A DNA stretch of 64,000 nucleotides from an uncultured Desulfobacteraceae bacterium (GTDB taxonomy: Bacteria > Desulfobacterota > DSM-4660 > Desulfatiglandales > B25-G16). Below are positions 15,220 to 24,817 of this stretch, one piece after another. The stretch's first letter is position 1. Each line of letters begins with the position of its first letter. A program made the translations under genes and the position numbers. The notes below the pieces were generated by a model. That model was not told the DNA's origin. It did no database searches and saw nothing but the letters and a program-made list of their open reading frames with translations. Where the stretch lies: NCBI GenBank assembly GCA_964549945.1, contig CAZJXD010000001.1, positions 84,346-148,345 on the forward strand, given 5' to 3'.

Positions 15220-17886
15220 TTAAAGGTCTAATTCTTTTAACCTTTCCCTTGAATGCTCGGCCCAGGTATCTTCAGGAAAGTCTTCAATCACTTGGCGAAA
15301 AACACGAATGGCCTCTTCACGCCTTCCTAGTTTCAGATGACAAAGCCCTGTATGGTAGAGCACTTCCGGGAGTTTCCTGGTTTCCGGGTAGTCCCTAACC
15401 ATCTCTTCAAAAGATTCCAGGGCTTTTGCCCAGTTTTGTTCCTTGAAATAAGTGATGGCGAGGTGGAACGCGGTCTGGTCAACAATGGGCGACAGGGGAA
15501 AGGAGGTCATCCCCTTTTTAAAGACAGTGCGTGCCTTCTCAAACTCTCCGCTATCGAAGTACTTCATCCCTTTATTGTAGATCTGGGTGGGGTCATGGTG
15601 GTGTACTACCAGGATGGCAGATATGAGAATGCCGATAATGGCCAGGCTGATACCCCACAGCAATTGCCTTTTTTGCCGTAACCCCATTAAGCACACAATC
15701 GGCGAGGCATGGCTTAGCCGTGAGCTCAGGACACGGACAACGGATAACAAAGAACGGATAACAGCCGTGTTGCGGAAAGGCCTAATCCCCGCAAGAATAA
15801 TGAATATGCCGATTATGCTTAAGAGGGAGCCGAGGTAATTGGGAAGCGAAGGCCCAAAGTAGAGCCTTACCCTCTCACGTGTCGGGTAGATGAGCATGAA
15901 GGAGGGTGAGGCCAGATAGATTCGCTCCGCTCCGTCCACATGCCAGTTGGGATGATAGGAGATCCTCACGAGATGAGGGCGACCGATATAAGGGGTTTCA
16001 ATGACGATCTCTTCCGGGCCGACTATCTCCTTGATGTCGGTATTCTGGGCAATCGGGTTTCTTGTGTTATGAAGATCTAAAATCCCGCTCTCAGGGAGCT
16101 TCTCATAAAAAATCGAGCTAAATAGCCTGGCATCATCGGGTTCGAGTGTCTCCTTAAAGGCGAGGTGGGTTGTGAGATCACCCCTTCTGAACCACTCAAA
16201 GGCAATTCTCCGCCAGTTGCTCGTAATCACAAGGGGAGGCTCATGATCGAGCAGGGAGACATACCTGTCCGAATTTCCCCGCAGACGATACACGGTATAG
16301 GGAGGGAAGTCCTGTTCGTGGATCACCTCCGGTTCGTTCTCTATTGCCTTCCTTACCGTGTTGGTGGCGGCGATAAAGTGGCTCACATTGAACATTTTCA
16401 AATGCTCGAGCCCCCTTTTGAAGTTCAACCTGGAGTAGTTATACCTTGAAAGGGGGCAGGAGGGCCTCGGGGAGGTTTCGGACTGGAGGTAGAAGACAAA
16501 GGGCGAGGTAATGCTTGACTGGATGTAGAGCCCCTCCAGGGTGGATCTTCCGGAGAAGAGCGGGAGGCTCTCGAAGGCCCTCACAGAGCCGGCGGCCCTG
16601 TGAAGAAGACCATGCTCATATGCCACGCGGGGGTCTCGACAGGAGCCCTTGAGATAGATATTCACAGCGTGGAATTGCGGCCAGAGGCCTTTTGTCTCGA
16701 ACCCCGAGTAATCCCACTTTATCCATTGTGGGATGTAGGTTACGTGCAAATCAACCCACAGGACGACCAAGCACACCAAGAAGATCGGGATTAATTGACG
16801 GGCCTTCATCCACTGAGTCATTACTCCTATGCCAATAGCCCCCATAATGAGCAGAGTGAATTGAAGACAGGGCAAGAAGCGGATATCAACCAGATTTATC
16901 TCATATGCGATAAAGTAGAACGCAGCCGCCACGAGGATGGCGAACCACAGGTATGAAAAGGCCTTTCCCTGCTTAAGCCTTGCCTTGTTTCGCCTTAGCG
17001 CCGCTCCTATCACCAGGATGGTGCCTATCAGGGCGAATATGATCATGGGGAGGAGTATCACGGGGAAGACCTGGGAGATCCCATCGAGGGTCCAGACGAA
17101 ATTATAGGCAGTGGTGTACGGCGTGAACCAGAGGAGCTGAATGAGCCAGAAGCCAAGGAGAAAAAAGGTGAGGGCGTTCACCTTCAGGTAGTACCCCAGG
17201 TTTTTTAAAAAGCCTTGAGTGGTGAAGAGAAAAAAGCTCGGAGCGAGCACGGCAAAGATGAGGGTATATCCGTGAGAAAGCCCTATACCCGTCAGGATAA
17301 GGGCATTGATAAGGATGAATCTGTTTTCGCGAATGCCCCGGTAAAAGGAGCCTATATAGAGGACGAGCAGTGCGAAACCAAGGCTATAGGCGAACTCCCC
17401 GGAGAGGGTGCTCGGGATGTTGCCTCCCCACATGGAATTAGACTCCATAAAGAGAAAGGGAAGTGTAAAAGCAGCGCCTATGAGCCGAACCGGTGGTTGT
17501 TGGTCCAGGAGTTTTAAGCACTCATAGGTACACAAGGGAAGGAGGAAGGTGCCGAGCACTGTTACCAATTTGAAGGCGATCTCAAGGGGCATAAAGAGCT
17601 GAAGCAGGGCTATGAGGAGAAAGGGGAGCGGAAAGTAAAACTGGAACAGGGGAAAACCCGCATAGTTGCCTTGCATCCAGCCCATGAGCTTGCCCCTGGG
17701 AAGAAGGGTGTTGATCAGATACTCCGCAGCTGAATAGTGGGAGGGGGTATCCCCTCCTGTGGCGATAGTCTTGAGCAAGAGGTAGGCAGGTGGAAAGTAG
17801 CTCAGGAGAAAGCCATAGATTAAAGCAAAGACGATGAGGTGGGCGGCGATATCAAGCGCCCTTTCTTTTAAACTGGCATAAGACAA
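15220..17886 (-). CDS. 888-aa polytopic membrane protein with C-terminal TPR domain (GT-C-like / PTPS-related membrane protein family, tentative)
   Basis: It has more than 12 hydrophobic helices in the first ~390 aa, with GGDTPSHYSAAEYL in the first loop. A large soluble middle domain and another TM segment follow. The C-terminus is TPR-like: FEKARTVFKKGMTSFP...AFHLAITYFKEQNWAKALESFEEMVRDYP...YHTGLCHLKLGRREEAIRVFRQV. The family assignment is from recollection only. Confidence 0.7.
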   Translation of the reverse strand: MSYASLKERALDIAAHLIVFALIYGFLLSYFPPAYLLLKTIATGGDTPSHYSAAEYLINTLLPRGKLMGWMQGNYAGFPLFQFYFPLPFLLIALLQLFMPLEIAFKLVTVLGTFLLPLCTYECLKLLDQQPPVRLIGAAFTLPFLFMESNSMWGGNIPSTLSGEFAYSLGFALLVLYIGSFYRGIRENRFILINALILTGIGLSHGYTLIFAVLAPSFFLFTTQGFLKNLGYYLKVNALTFFLLGFWLIQLLWFTPYTTAYNFVWTLDGISQVFPVILLPMIIFALIGTILVIGAALRRNKARLKQGKAFSYLWFAILVAAAFYFIAYEINLVDIRFLPCLQFTLLIMGAIGIGVMTQWMKARQLIPIFLVCLVVLWVDLHVTYIPQWIKWDYSGFETKGLWPQFHAVNIYLKGSCRDPRVAYEHGLLHRAAGSVRAFESLPLFSGRSTLEGLYIQSSITSPFVFYLQSETSPRPSCPLSRYNYSRLNFKRGLEHLKMFNVSHFIAATNTVRKAIENEPEVIHEQDFPPYTVYRLRGNSDRYVSLLDHEPPLVITSNWRRIAFEWFRRGDLTTHLAFKETLEPDDARLFSSIFYEKLPESGILDLHNTRNPIAQNTDIKEIVGPEEIVIETPYIGRPHLVRISYHPNWHVDGAERIYLASPSFMLIYPTRERVRLYFGPSLPNYLGSLLSIIGIFIILAGIRPFRNTAVIRSLLSVVRVLSSRLSHASPIVCLMGLRQKRQLLWGISLAIIGILISAILVVHHHDPTQIYNKGMKYFDSGEFEKARTVFKKGMTSFPLSPIVDQTAFHLAITYFKEQNWAKALESFEEMVRDYPETRKLPEVLYHTGLCHLKLGRREEAIRVFRQVIEDFPEDTWAEHSRERLKELDL

Positions 17887-18667
17887 GGATCACCCCCGTA
17901 ACAATTGCAAGGCCAAGCCAAAAAGGCCTTGTGCGCCTAAACCAATTCTCTGCACTCACTATTCTCACAGCGCTATTGCCGACCTCGGTATAATGTGCAT
18001 TTCCTGAATCGTACTCCAGATAACAGAAGACAGGGTATGCAGCACCCACGAGGGCGGAGAAATTTGAGATTTCAAAAAGGAGCAATGCCTCTGCCCCCGG
18101 CTCAACAACAAGCTCCCTCCGAGGCACTGGCGTGGAGAGCTCTTCGGGAAGAACAAGGGTTGCAGTCGTTGTCCTCGATCTGGACCCCTTGTTCTTTACC
18201 GAGAATCGAAGGAGCCCATTTCTTGAGATTGACAAGGCTTTACCCAGACACTCCAGCGCTGAGTTGGCGCTACTCCCTATGGAGAACGATGAGCACGACA
18301 CAGCGGAGAAGGGGTGACGGTTGATGTCTTGAAAGGTGATACGCGTGATCAAGGGATAGGTGCCCGCCTTTGAAGGCGAAGGCATTTTCCGAAAAAAAAC
18401 CGTCGCGGATTCACCTTCTCTGAGCAGATCCTTTCCCTTGTGGCTGCTGCTTTTCCCTGAAAGCACGAGGTGAACTTGCACATTGCAGGCGGGCTCATCA
18501 CCTTTGTTTGTGGCGGTGACCTCAATCTCGGGTATGCCATCCGTCACCGTAACCGAGGTTCGAATTTCGATTTGAATAATCCCGGCGATAGCAGGAGCGG
18601 AGTGGAAGAGCATCAAGGCTGTAAAACACCATGACAAAATCGACTGTGCTGTGCGTTTGAGCGCCAT
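17852..18667 (-). CDS. Exported protein with two Ig/CARDB-like segments and C-terminal TM + basic tail
   Basis: The track ORF starts at 18718. The Met at 18667 (MALKRTAQSILSWCFTALMLFHSAPAIA) gives a signal peptide. VTATNKGDEPACNVQVHLV resembles a CARDB strand pattern. It ends PFWLGLAIVTGVILVLCQFKRKGA. It overlaps the next gene by 35 nt, which suggests translational coupling. Confidence 0.6.
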   Translation of the reverse strand: MALKRTAQSILSWCFTALMLFHSAPAIAGIIQIEIRTSVTVTDGIPEIEVTATNKGDEPACNVQVHLVLSGKSSSHKGKDLLREGESATVFFRKMPSPSKAGTYPLITRITFQDINRHPFSAVSCSSFSIGSSANSALECLGKALSISRNGLLRFSVKNKGSRSRTTTATLVLPEELSTPVPRRELVVEPGAEALLLFEISNFSALVGAAYPVFCYLEYDSGNAHYTEVGNSAVRIVSAENWFRRTRPFWLGLAIVTGVILVLCQFKRKGA

Positions 18668-18710
18668 ACCTGTTGCTCCATATCTTCTTGCTGTGATATT
18701 CGGTGAGTGC

Positions 18711-19865
18711 TCACACACCTCCTCTTTTTATCACCTTCCTGCCGAATTTCTCTCTGATCTCATCCATGGCCCTATCGAGTTTTCTCTCTCGTTCTTCATT
18801 GGGGCCAAGGTGGAAGAGGCTCATCTGGGCATCCTCTGAATCTTTCAACAGATTCGAGACTTCTACACCGATGAGCCGAACCTTCTTTTTTAACGGCTGA
18901 TCTGCCAGCAGCTGGAGGGCGTTATATAATATCATCTTCGAGCTATCGGTTGCACCGGCGATGGTCTGAGCTTTGGTTGCGGCAGTGAAATCGTTAAACT
19001 TGATCTTGATGGTAACAGTCTTTCCTTTAAGTCCATGGTTCCTCAATCTCCGGGCAACGGTTTCGGCATGCTGCTTTAGAGTATCCATCAGCAGGCAGAG
19101 ATCGCCTGTATCGTATGGCAGGGTTTCCTCTGAACTGATCGATTTTATCTCTCTCGAGGGAAGGACAGCAGAGGAATCACGGCCATGGGAGAGCTCATGC
19201 AATCGAAGGCCGAGCTTTCCAAACCTCTTTACGAGTTGATCCCTGCTAAATGCTTTTATCTCTCCGGCTGTTTTGATCCCATAGCGCTTGAGGGCTTCCA
19301 CCGTTCTCCTTCCAACACCGGGGATCTTTTCCACGGACAATTCGGAGAGGAATGTATCCACCTCATCGGCCTGGATGATTGTCAACCCATCAGGCTTATG
19401 CATGTCGGAGGCAATCTTTGCCAGGAACTTATTGGGTGCGATGCCTATTGAGCAGGTCAGGCGAGTCTCCATATAGATGCGCCCCTTGATTTGCTTTGCA
19501 ATCTGCTCTGGGGTTCCCAAGAGATCCTCCGTTCCCGTGATGTCGAGATAGGCCTCATCGATGGAGACCTTTTCAACGAGGGGAGTAAAGTCCTCTAGGA
19601 TTTTCATTATGTTCCCGGACACCTTTTTGTACCGTTCCATATTTACCTTGAGGAAGACGCCACCCGGGCATTTTTCCCTGGCTTTGAATATGGGCATGGC
19701 GGAATGAACGCCGAAGCTTCTCGCCTCGTAGCTTGCGGTTGAGACCACGCCCCTGTTCGTGGTGCCTCCAACAATCACGGGCTTACCCTTTAACTCGGGA
19801 TGGTCCAGCACCTCGATGGCGGCGAAAAAGGCATCCATATCGATGTGAAGTATCGTCCTTTCCAT
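18711..19865 (-). CDS. dinB: DNA polymerase IV (Y-family)
   Basis: The ORF is 384 aa. MERTILHIDMDAFFAAIEVLDHPELKGKPVIVGG and SIDEAYLDIT are canonical DinB/UmuC palm motifs. Confidence 0.9.
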   Translation of the reverse strand: MERTILHIDMDAFFAAIEVLDHPELKGKPVIVGGTTNRGVVSTASYEARSFGVHSAMPIFKAREKCPGGVFLKVNMERYKKVSGNIMKILEDFTPLVEKVSIDEAYLDITGTEDLLGTPEQIAKQIKGRIYMETRLTCSIGIAPNKFLAKIASDMHKPDGLTIIQADEVDTFLSELSVEKIPGVGRRTVEALKRYGIKTAGEIKAFSRDQLVKRFGKLGLRLHELSHGRDSSAVLPSREIKSISSEETLPYDTGDLCLLMDTLKQHAETVARRLRNHGLKGKTVTIKIKFNDFTAATKAQTIAGATDSSKMILYNALQLLADQPLKKKVRLIGVEVSNLLKDSEDAQMSLFHLGPNEERERKLDRAMDEIREKFGRKVIKRGGV

Positions 19866-19908
19866 GCAATTAAGATCGAATGACTGTCAATACCTTGAAG
19901 ATAGATTT

Positions 19909-19958
19909 AGCCGCGGACACACGCAGACTCATGGCTGGCCGACTCGGCCAGCCATGAG
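19909..19958. repeat. CGCRGAC-doublet motif abutting a perfect 15-bp-stem palindrome (same architecture as 27673-27724)
   Basis: The motif agccgcggacacacgcagac (19909-19928) is followed directly by ctcatggctggccga-c-tcggccagccatgag (19928-19958). A partial inverted copy, gtctgcgg, lies at 20051-20058. Confidence 0.5.
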
Positions 19959-20117
19959 ATGTCATGCCCTTCGGGCAGGTGCTTAATTTCATTCTTCAAG
20001 TGCCTAGCATGTATCAAGATTCCAATCTATTTTCGTTATGCTTCATATTCGTCTGCGGGGTTCAACGCTTAATTTAAATCATAGCAACGGACAACTGATA
20101 ACGCTCAACTAACATCA

Positions 20118-22148
20118 TCAGGTCTTGTCGTAATGAGAGAATTGCATGGTGAAGGTAGCCCTCCCCTGGGAGGAAGAGCGGAGTGCAGTTGAATATCCGA
20201 ACATCCTGGACAGGGGCACAATAGTTTCCAGTATCTTCACGGTCCCCTTCGTTTCAATCTGCTCAATTCTACCACCCCGAGTGTTCAGATCATTGATTAC
20301 ATCGCCCACAAACTCCTCAGGGACCACGATCTCAAGCCTCATAATGGGCTCAAGGAGTAAAGGCTCGGCTTTCTCGCAGGCCTCTTTAAAGGCCATTGAC
20401 GCCGCGATTTTAAAGGAAAGGGGTGTGGAGATCCCTTCTTTGACCTTAACGTCATGAAGGGTGGTTTTTATGTCAATGACCGGATAGCCCATTATGACCC
20501 CGCTTGCAGATGCCTCCTCGACCCCTTGCATAATGGAGTTGAGAAACTCCTCGGTCAAAAGTGGGCTGGAACACTCATTGACAAACCGATTCCCCTTGCC
20601 TCGAGCCATGGGCGCGACCTCTATCTGAAGGCCGGCATAGTGGATCTCCCCTGCCCATTCACGATCGAAGACCTTCTCGGATAGGGCTTTTTGACTGATC
20701 GTCTCCCTGTACACTACCTGAGGCTTTCCAGTATTCACATCGAGATGAAACTCCCTCTTGAGCCTTTGGACCAGCACTTCCAGGTGAAGCTCACCCATGC
20801 CGGAGATTATCGTCTGCCCCGTATCCTCATCTACCGTAAATTTAAAGGTAGGGTCTTCATCGGCCACCTTTGTGAGGCTGTCCATGAGCCTCTCCTGGTT
20901 CTTTAATTGTTTCGGCTCCACCGCCATCGATATGACCGGCTGATCGAACTCCATGGACTCCAGGAGTATGGGATGGGCTCCGTCGCAGAGGGTATCCCCG
21001 GTGGTGGCCTCCTTTAGCCCCATCACTGCCACAATGTCACCGCAGATGGCCTGATCGATCCTCTCTCTTTTGTTTGCGTGCATCCTCAGGATCCTGGCTG
21101 CCCTCTCGGGGATGTTCTTGGTGCTGTTGAAGATCGTGGATCCTGCCTTCATTGCTCCCGAATAGATCCTGAGATAAGTCATTTTTCTTCCCTGATCCAT
21201 CACGATCTTAAAGGCCAGGGAGGAGAACGGTTCCTTTACGCTGGCGGATCTCGATTCGAGCTCCTTTGTCTTGGGATTGATGCCTTTTACGGGGGGTACG
21301 TCAAGGGGGGAGGGCAGGAACTCGACAATGCCGTCCAGAAGGGGCTGTATGCCCTTATTTCTCAGTGCTGCGCCGCAATAGATAGGGACAAGCCTGAGCT
21401 TTATGGTGGCCTCCCTGATTACCCTCTTTATGGTGGTAACGTCTATTTCCTGTTCAGAGAGGTATTTCTCCATTATGCTATCATCACTGTCAGCCAGCAG
21501 CTCGAGCATCCTGTTCCGATAGTTCCTCGCTGTCTCCAGATACCCGTCGGGGATAGCTGTCTCCTGGTAAGAGGCCCCGAGATCACTTTCATTCCACACA
21601 ATGGCCTTCATCTTCACTATATCGATCACCCCCTGAAAATCCTCTTCAAGCCCCCAGGGCAATTGGAGGATTAGGGGGGTAGCACCTAGTCTCTCCCTGA
21701 TCATTCTCACCGCACGGTCAAAGTCTGCGCCAAGCCTGTCAAGCTTATTGACAAAGGCAATCTTGGGGATCCCAAACCTGTCAGCCTGGTGCCACACCGT
21801 TTCCGATTGCGGTTCCACGCCACCGACAGCACAGAAAACCCCTATGGCCCCATCTAAAATCCTCAAGGACCTCTCCACCTCAATGGTAAAATCCACATGA
21901 CCGGGGGTGTCCAGGATGTTTATGGTGTGATCAAGCCACTTGCAGGTAGTAGCAGCAGAGGTAATGGTGATACCCCTCTCCTGTTCTTCGGGCATCCAGT
22001 CCATGATCGCTTCTCCATCATGAACCTCGCCCATCTTGTGAGATCTGCCGGTATAGTAAAGTATCCTCTCGGTGATGGTGGTCTTGCCCGCATCGATATG
22101 GGCGATGATACCTATATTACGCGTTTTCTTGAGCTGCTGGATTGACAT
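20118..22148 (-). CDS. fusA: Elongation factor G (stand-alone paralog, not in an str operon context)
   Basis: The ORF is 676 aa. [24 protein letters not shown] is the G1 motif and DTPGHVDF is G3. The EF-G domains II-V are recognisable throughout. Confidence 0.9.
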   Translation of the reverse strand: MSIQQLKKTRNIGIIAHIDAGKTTITERILYYTGRSHKMGEVHDGEAIMDWMPEEQERGITITSAATTCKWLDHTINILDTPGHVDFTIEVERSLRILDGAIGVFCAVGGVEPQSETVWHQADRFGIPKIAFVNKLDRLGADFDRAVRMIRERLGATPLILQLPWGLEEDFQGVIDIVKMKAIVWNESDLGASYQETAIPDGYLETARNYRNRMLELLADSDDSIMEKYLSEQEIDVTTIKRVIREATIKLRLVPIYCGAALRNKGIQPLLDGIVEFLPSPLDVPPVKGINPKTKELESRSASVKEPFSSLAFKIVMDQGRKMTYLRIYSGAMKAGSTIFNSTKNIPERAARILRMHANKRERIDQAICGDIVAVMGLKEATTGDTLCDGAHPILLESMEFDQPVISMAVEPKQLKNQERLMDSLTKVADEDPTFKFTVDEDTGQTIISGMGELHLEVLVQRLKREFHLDVNTGKPQVVYRETISQKALSEKVFDREWAGEIHYAGLQIEVAPMARGKGNRFVNECSSPLLTEEFLNSIMQGVEEASASGVIMGYPVIDIKTTLHDVKVKEGISTPLSFKIAASMAFKEACEKAEPLLLEPIMRLEIVVPEEFVGDVINDLNTRGGRIEQIETKGTVKILETIVPLSRMFGYSTALRSSSQGRATFTMQFSHYDKT

Positions 22149-22178
22149 GGTGAATCAATCTAAGGTATCTTCCACACA

Positions 22179-22871
22179 GTGTCAAGCGAGTACGGAGATG
22201 ATGGGGATTACGCGGTGGCTTCCCGAACCAATCAGGTCTTAACGGAGATGTTCAATCTCCTCTACGCAGCTCTTGGGGCTCAAAACTGGTGGCCGGCAGA
22301 AACAGAACTAGAGATGATGGTTGGCGCTATTCTGACCCAGAACACCAACTGGAACAATGTGGAGAAGGCCATCGAGAACCTGAGGAAAGGGGATCTGCTC
22401 TCCGTAGCTGGGCTAAGGGATATACCGATTTCGGTGATCGCTGAATACATCAGGCCCGCAGGGTATTACAATATAAAGGCCAGGCGCTTAAAAAACCTCA
22501 TCGGCCTCGTTGAGGCCACGCACAACGGAGATATCAATACATTTCTCTCGCTTGATACCGATGCCCTTCGAGCTGAACTCTTGTCCGTCCGGGGAATAGG
22601 CAGGGAGACAGCCGATAGCATTGTCTTGTATGGGGCCGGAAGGCCCCTGTTCGTGATTGATACCTATACTTACAGGATTTTAGCGAGGCATGGAATTATT
22701 CAGGAGGAAGCGGGATACGATGAACTCCAGTCCTTGTTTATGGATAATCTGCCTCATGATCTCGAGCTATTCAAGGAATTTCATGCCTTGATCGTAAAGA
22801 CGGGCAAGCTCTACTGTAAGAAAAAGCCCCTCTGCCCCCCATGCCCGCTGGATACCTTTAGCAGGGTATAA
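22179..22871 (+). CDS. Endonuclease III-related HhH-GPD protein
   Basis: The ORF is 230 aa from a GTG. It contains QNWWPAETELEMMVGAILTQNTNWNNVEKAIENL, VRGIGRETADSIVLY (helix-hairpin-helix) and a C-terminal CKKKPLCPPCPL. The start is uncertain; Met23 (MFNLLY) is possible. Confidence 0.75.
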   Translation: MSSEYGDDGDYAVASRTNQVLTEMFNLLYAALGAQNWWPAETELEMMVGAILTQNTNWNNVEKAIENLRKGDLLSVAGLRDIPISVIAEYIRPAGYYNIKARRLKNLIGLVEATHNGDINTFLSLDTDALRAELLSVRGIGRETADSIVLYGAGRPLFVIDTYTYRILARHGIIQEEAGYDELQSLFMDNLPHDLELFKEFHALIVKTGKLYCKKKPLCPPCPLDTFSRV

Positions 22872-22897
22872 GAGGCAGCTCATTACCGGATATCTCT

Positions 22898-23920
22898 ATG
22901 CCGAGAAGATTCACTATATTTCTCACAGGGCTATTGGCGCTTATCCTCTGCACCTTCGCCGTGCTTTACTTCGGTTATTTCTTAGTAAGCCCCGCCGGCA
23001 TTGAAAAAACCGAGGAGATCTTTGTGGTGAAAAAGGGCAGAGGCCTCAGAACAATCGCTGCACAGCTCGAGGAACGGGGGCTTATCAAAGGCAAGAATCT
23101 ATTCATGCTCTGGGCATACGTGAGGGGAGGCGCACGGGATATAAAGGCGGGCGAATATAGCTTTAATCGGTCAATGGCCCCGGTAAAGATATTACATATG
23201 CTTACCTCAGGAGAGGTGAAGACTTACTCCTTCACTATTCCCGAAGGGCTTACTGCCGAGCAGATTGCCGACCTTCTGGAGATGAGAAATCTCGTGAATA
23301 AGAGGGATTTCGTCTATCTGGTTCACAATAAAGACCTTGTTGCCTCTTACGATGTCGATGGGAAAAGCCTTGAGGGATACCTCTTCCCTGATACCTACGT
23401 GATAAGCAGGGATATGGGGGCGCGGGGTTTGATTGATCTTATGGTTGATCGATTTTGGGAGGTATTCAATTCCCTGGTAGGAGACAAAAAACCCGCAATG
23501 CCGGTGAAGGACATCGTAACCCTGGCTTCCATTGTGGAGAAGGAGACAGGCCTAGCCGAGGAAAGGCCGGTCATTGCATCGGTGTTTTTAAATAGGCTCA
23601 AGAAGAGGATGAGGCTGGAAAGCGATCCAACGGTAATCTACGGCCTCGAGGATTTTAGCGGAGACCTCAAGAGAAAGGATCTCCGTGCTCCAAGCCCTTA
23701 CAATACCTATCTTCATCGTGGACTTCCTCCTGGACCGATCGCCAATCCCGGGAGGGAAGCGCTCAATGCCGTCATCAATCCGGCGGAGACGGACTACCTC
23801 TATTTCGTCTCAAAAAATGACGGAAGCCACCACTTCTCCTCCACGTTAAAAGAGCATAACAGGGCCGTGTACAAGTACCAGAAGAGAAGGCGACATCCCA
23901 TGCGAGGGGAGAACGGTTAA
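22898..23920 (+). CDS. mltG: Endolytic murein transglycosylase MltG (YceG family)
   Basis: The ORF is 340 aa with an N-terminal TM anchor. It contains ASIVEKETGLAEERPVIASVFLNRL, YNTYLHRGLPPGPIANPG and YLYFVSKNDGSHHFS, which are hallmark YceG motifs. Confidence 0.9.
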   Translation: MPRRFTIFLTGLLALILCTFAVLYFGYFLVSPAGIEKTEEIFVVKKGRGLRTIAAQLEERGLIKGKNLFMLWAYVRGGARDIKAGEYSFNRSMAPVKILHMLTSGEVKTYSFTIPEGLTAEQIADLLEMRNLVNKRDFVYLVHNKDLVASYDVDGKSLEGYLFPDTYVISRDMGARGLIDLMVDRFWEVFNSLVGDKKPAMPVKDIVTLASIVEKETGLAEERPVIASVFLNRLKKRMRLESDPTVIYGLEDFSGDLKRKDLRAPSPYNTYLHRGLPPGPIANPGREALNAVINPAETDYLYFVSKNDGSHHFSSTLKEHNRAVYKYQKRRRHPMRGENG

Positions 23921-23950
23921 AAAACATCAATCACAAAAGGAGGGTTACCG

Positions 23951-24508
23951 ATGAGAAGGGATTTCAAAATGATCTTCACAGTTGTCGCACTACTCGCTCT
24001 CTCGGGTGTCTTTCTGATCTCAGGATGCTCGGGATCAGCGAAAACCCTGGACATGAGCGTAAAAGGACCCCAGATGATCGTGAATCCCCAGACGGTTCGT
24101 GTGGGCATTGCGAGGATTATCGACACGAACTTGGTCTTCAGTGGGGCAGGTTTTGAGCCGGGCGATAGCGTGTTCATTGAACTGCTTGAGGTGCCCATGA
24201 ATGGTGAAAAGCTCAATCTCGCCATTGCAGATGGCAATGTAGGGAAGGACGGGATCTTTCATGCCCCAGTGGAGAAACTCACGAAGATTTCCGATTTCCT
24301 GAGGGCCTCGCTTGGCACCAATGAGAAAGGCGAAAACGCTCCAGTGATAACCAGGCCGCCTATGCCCCCGGGTGTCTACACGGCACGGGCGAAGAGCATG
24401 CTCGCGGATATAACAGCAGAGTGCACGTTGGAGGTAAAGGGGCCATCTCTGTTCGATCGGATCAAGGACTGGCTCGGCGTCAAGATGGGGAAGATCATCA
24501 AGAAATAA
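23951..24508 (+). CDS. Hypothetical lipoprotein
   Basis: The ORF is 185 aa. AAGGAGGG lies 7 nt upstream of the ATG. It has a lipobox LISGC after a hydrophobic leader. I recognise no other domain. Confidence 0.65.
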   Translation: MRRDFKMIFTVVALLALSGVFLISGCSGSAKTLDMSVKGPQMIVNPQTVRVGIARIIDTNLVFSGAGFEPGDSVFIELLEVPMNGEKLNLAIADGNVGKDGIFHAPVEKLTKISDFLRASLGTNEKGENAPVITRPPMPPGVYTARAKSMLADITAECTLEVKGPSLFDRIKDWLGVKMGKIIKK

Positions 24509-24567
24509 CCGCTCTATTAGTTCTTAAGCCTAGGGCGGGCTTGCACGCCTCGGCCATATATAATCGT

Positions 24568-24794
24568 GGTAATTACTCAGGTAGGTAGGTTGTCCTTCGA
24601 CCATGCTCAGGATGGTGAGCTTGTCGAACCATAGGCTAAAGACTGTTAGAAAACAATAGGGATACAGCATATTTTGTAACAGATTAGTTTGACTTGTTTG
24701 ACTCGCTCAACTGGTTTAACTAGTAAAACAAGCTAAACAATTAAAACCAATAAAACCAACTAAACAGCTTCAGCCTGACTACCTGAGTAGTCAC
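24568..24794. mobile_element. 227-bp MITE-like insertion with imperfect 17-bp TIRs and 7-bp direct flanking repeat
   Basis: TAATCGT (24561-24567) flanks the left side, followed by ggtaattactcaggtag. On the right, ctacctgagtagtcac is followed by TAATCGT (24795-24801). The inner 11 bp of the TIR are a perfect match (tactcaggtag / ctacctgagta). The interior has no coding capacity and is built from short words and their complements (gtttgacttgtttgac / gtaaaacaagctaaac). Confidence 0.55.
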
Positions 24795-24817
24795 TAATCG
24801 TAAAGCTATTTTATACC

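Noticed and set aside
19866-19910. LexA/SOS box upstream of dinB
   Set aside because: I saw a single CTGT but no partner ACAG at the right spacing. I also saw no GGTT/ACC-type or other lineage-specific LexA palindrome that I can recognise.
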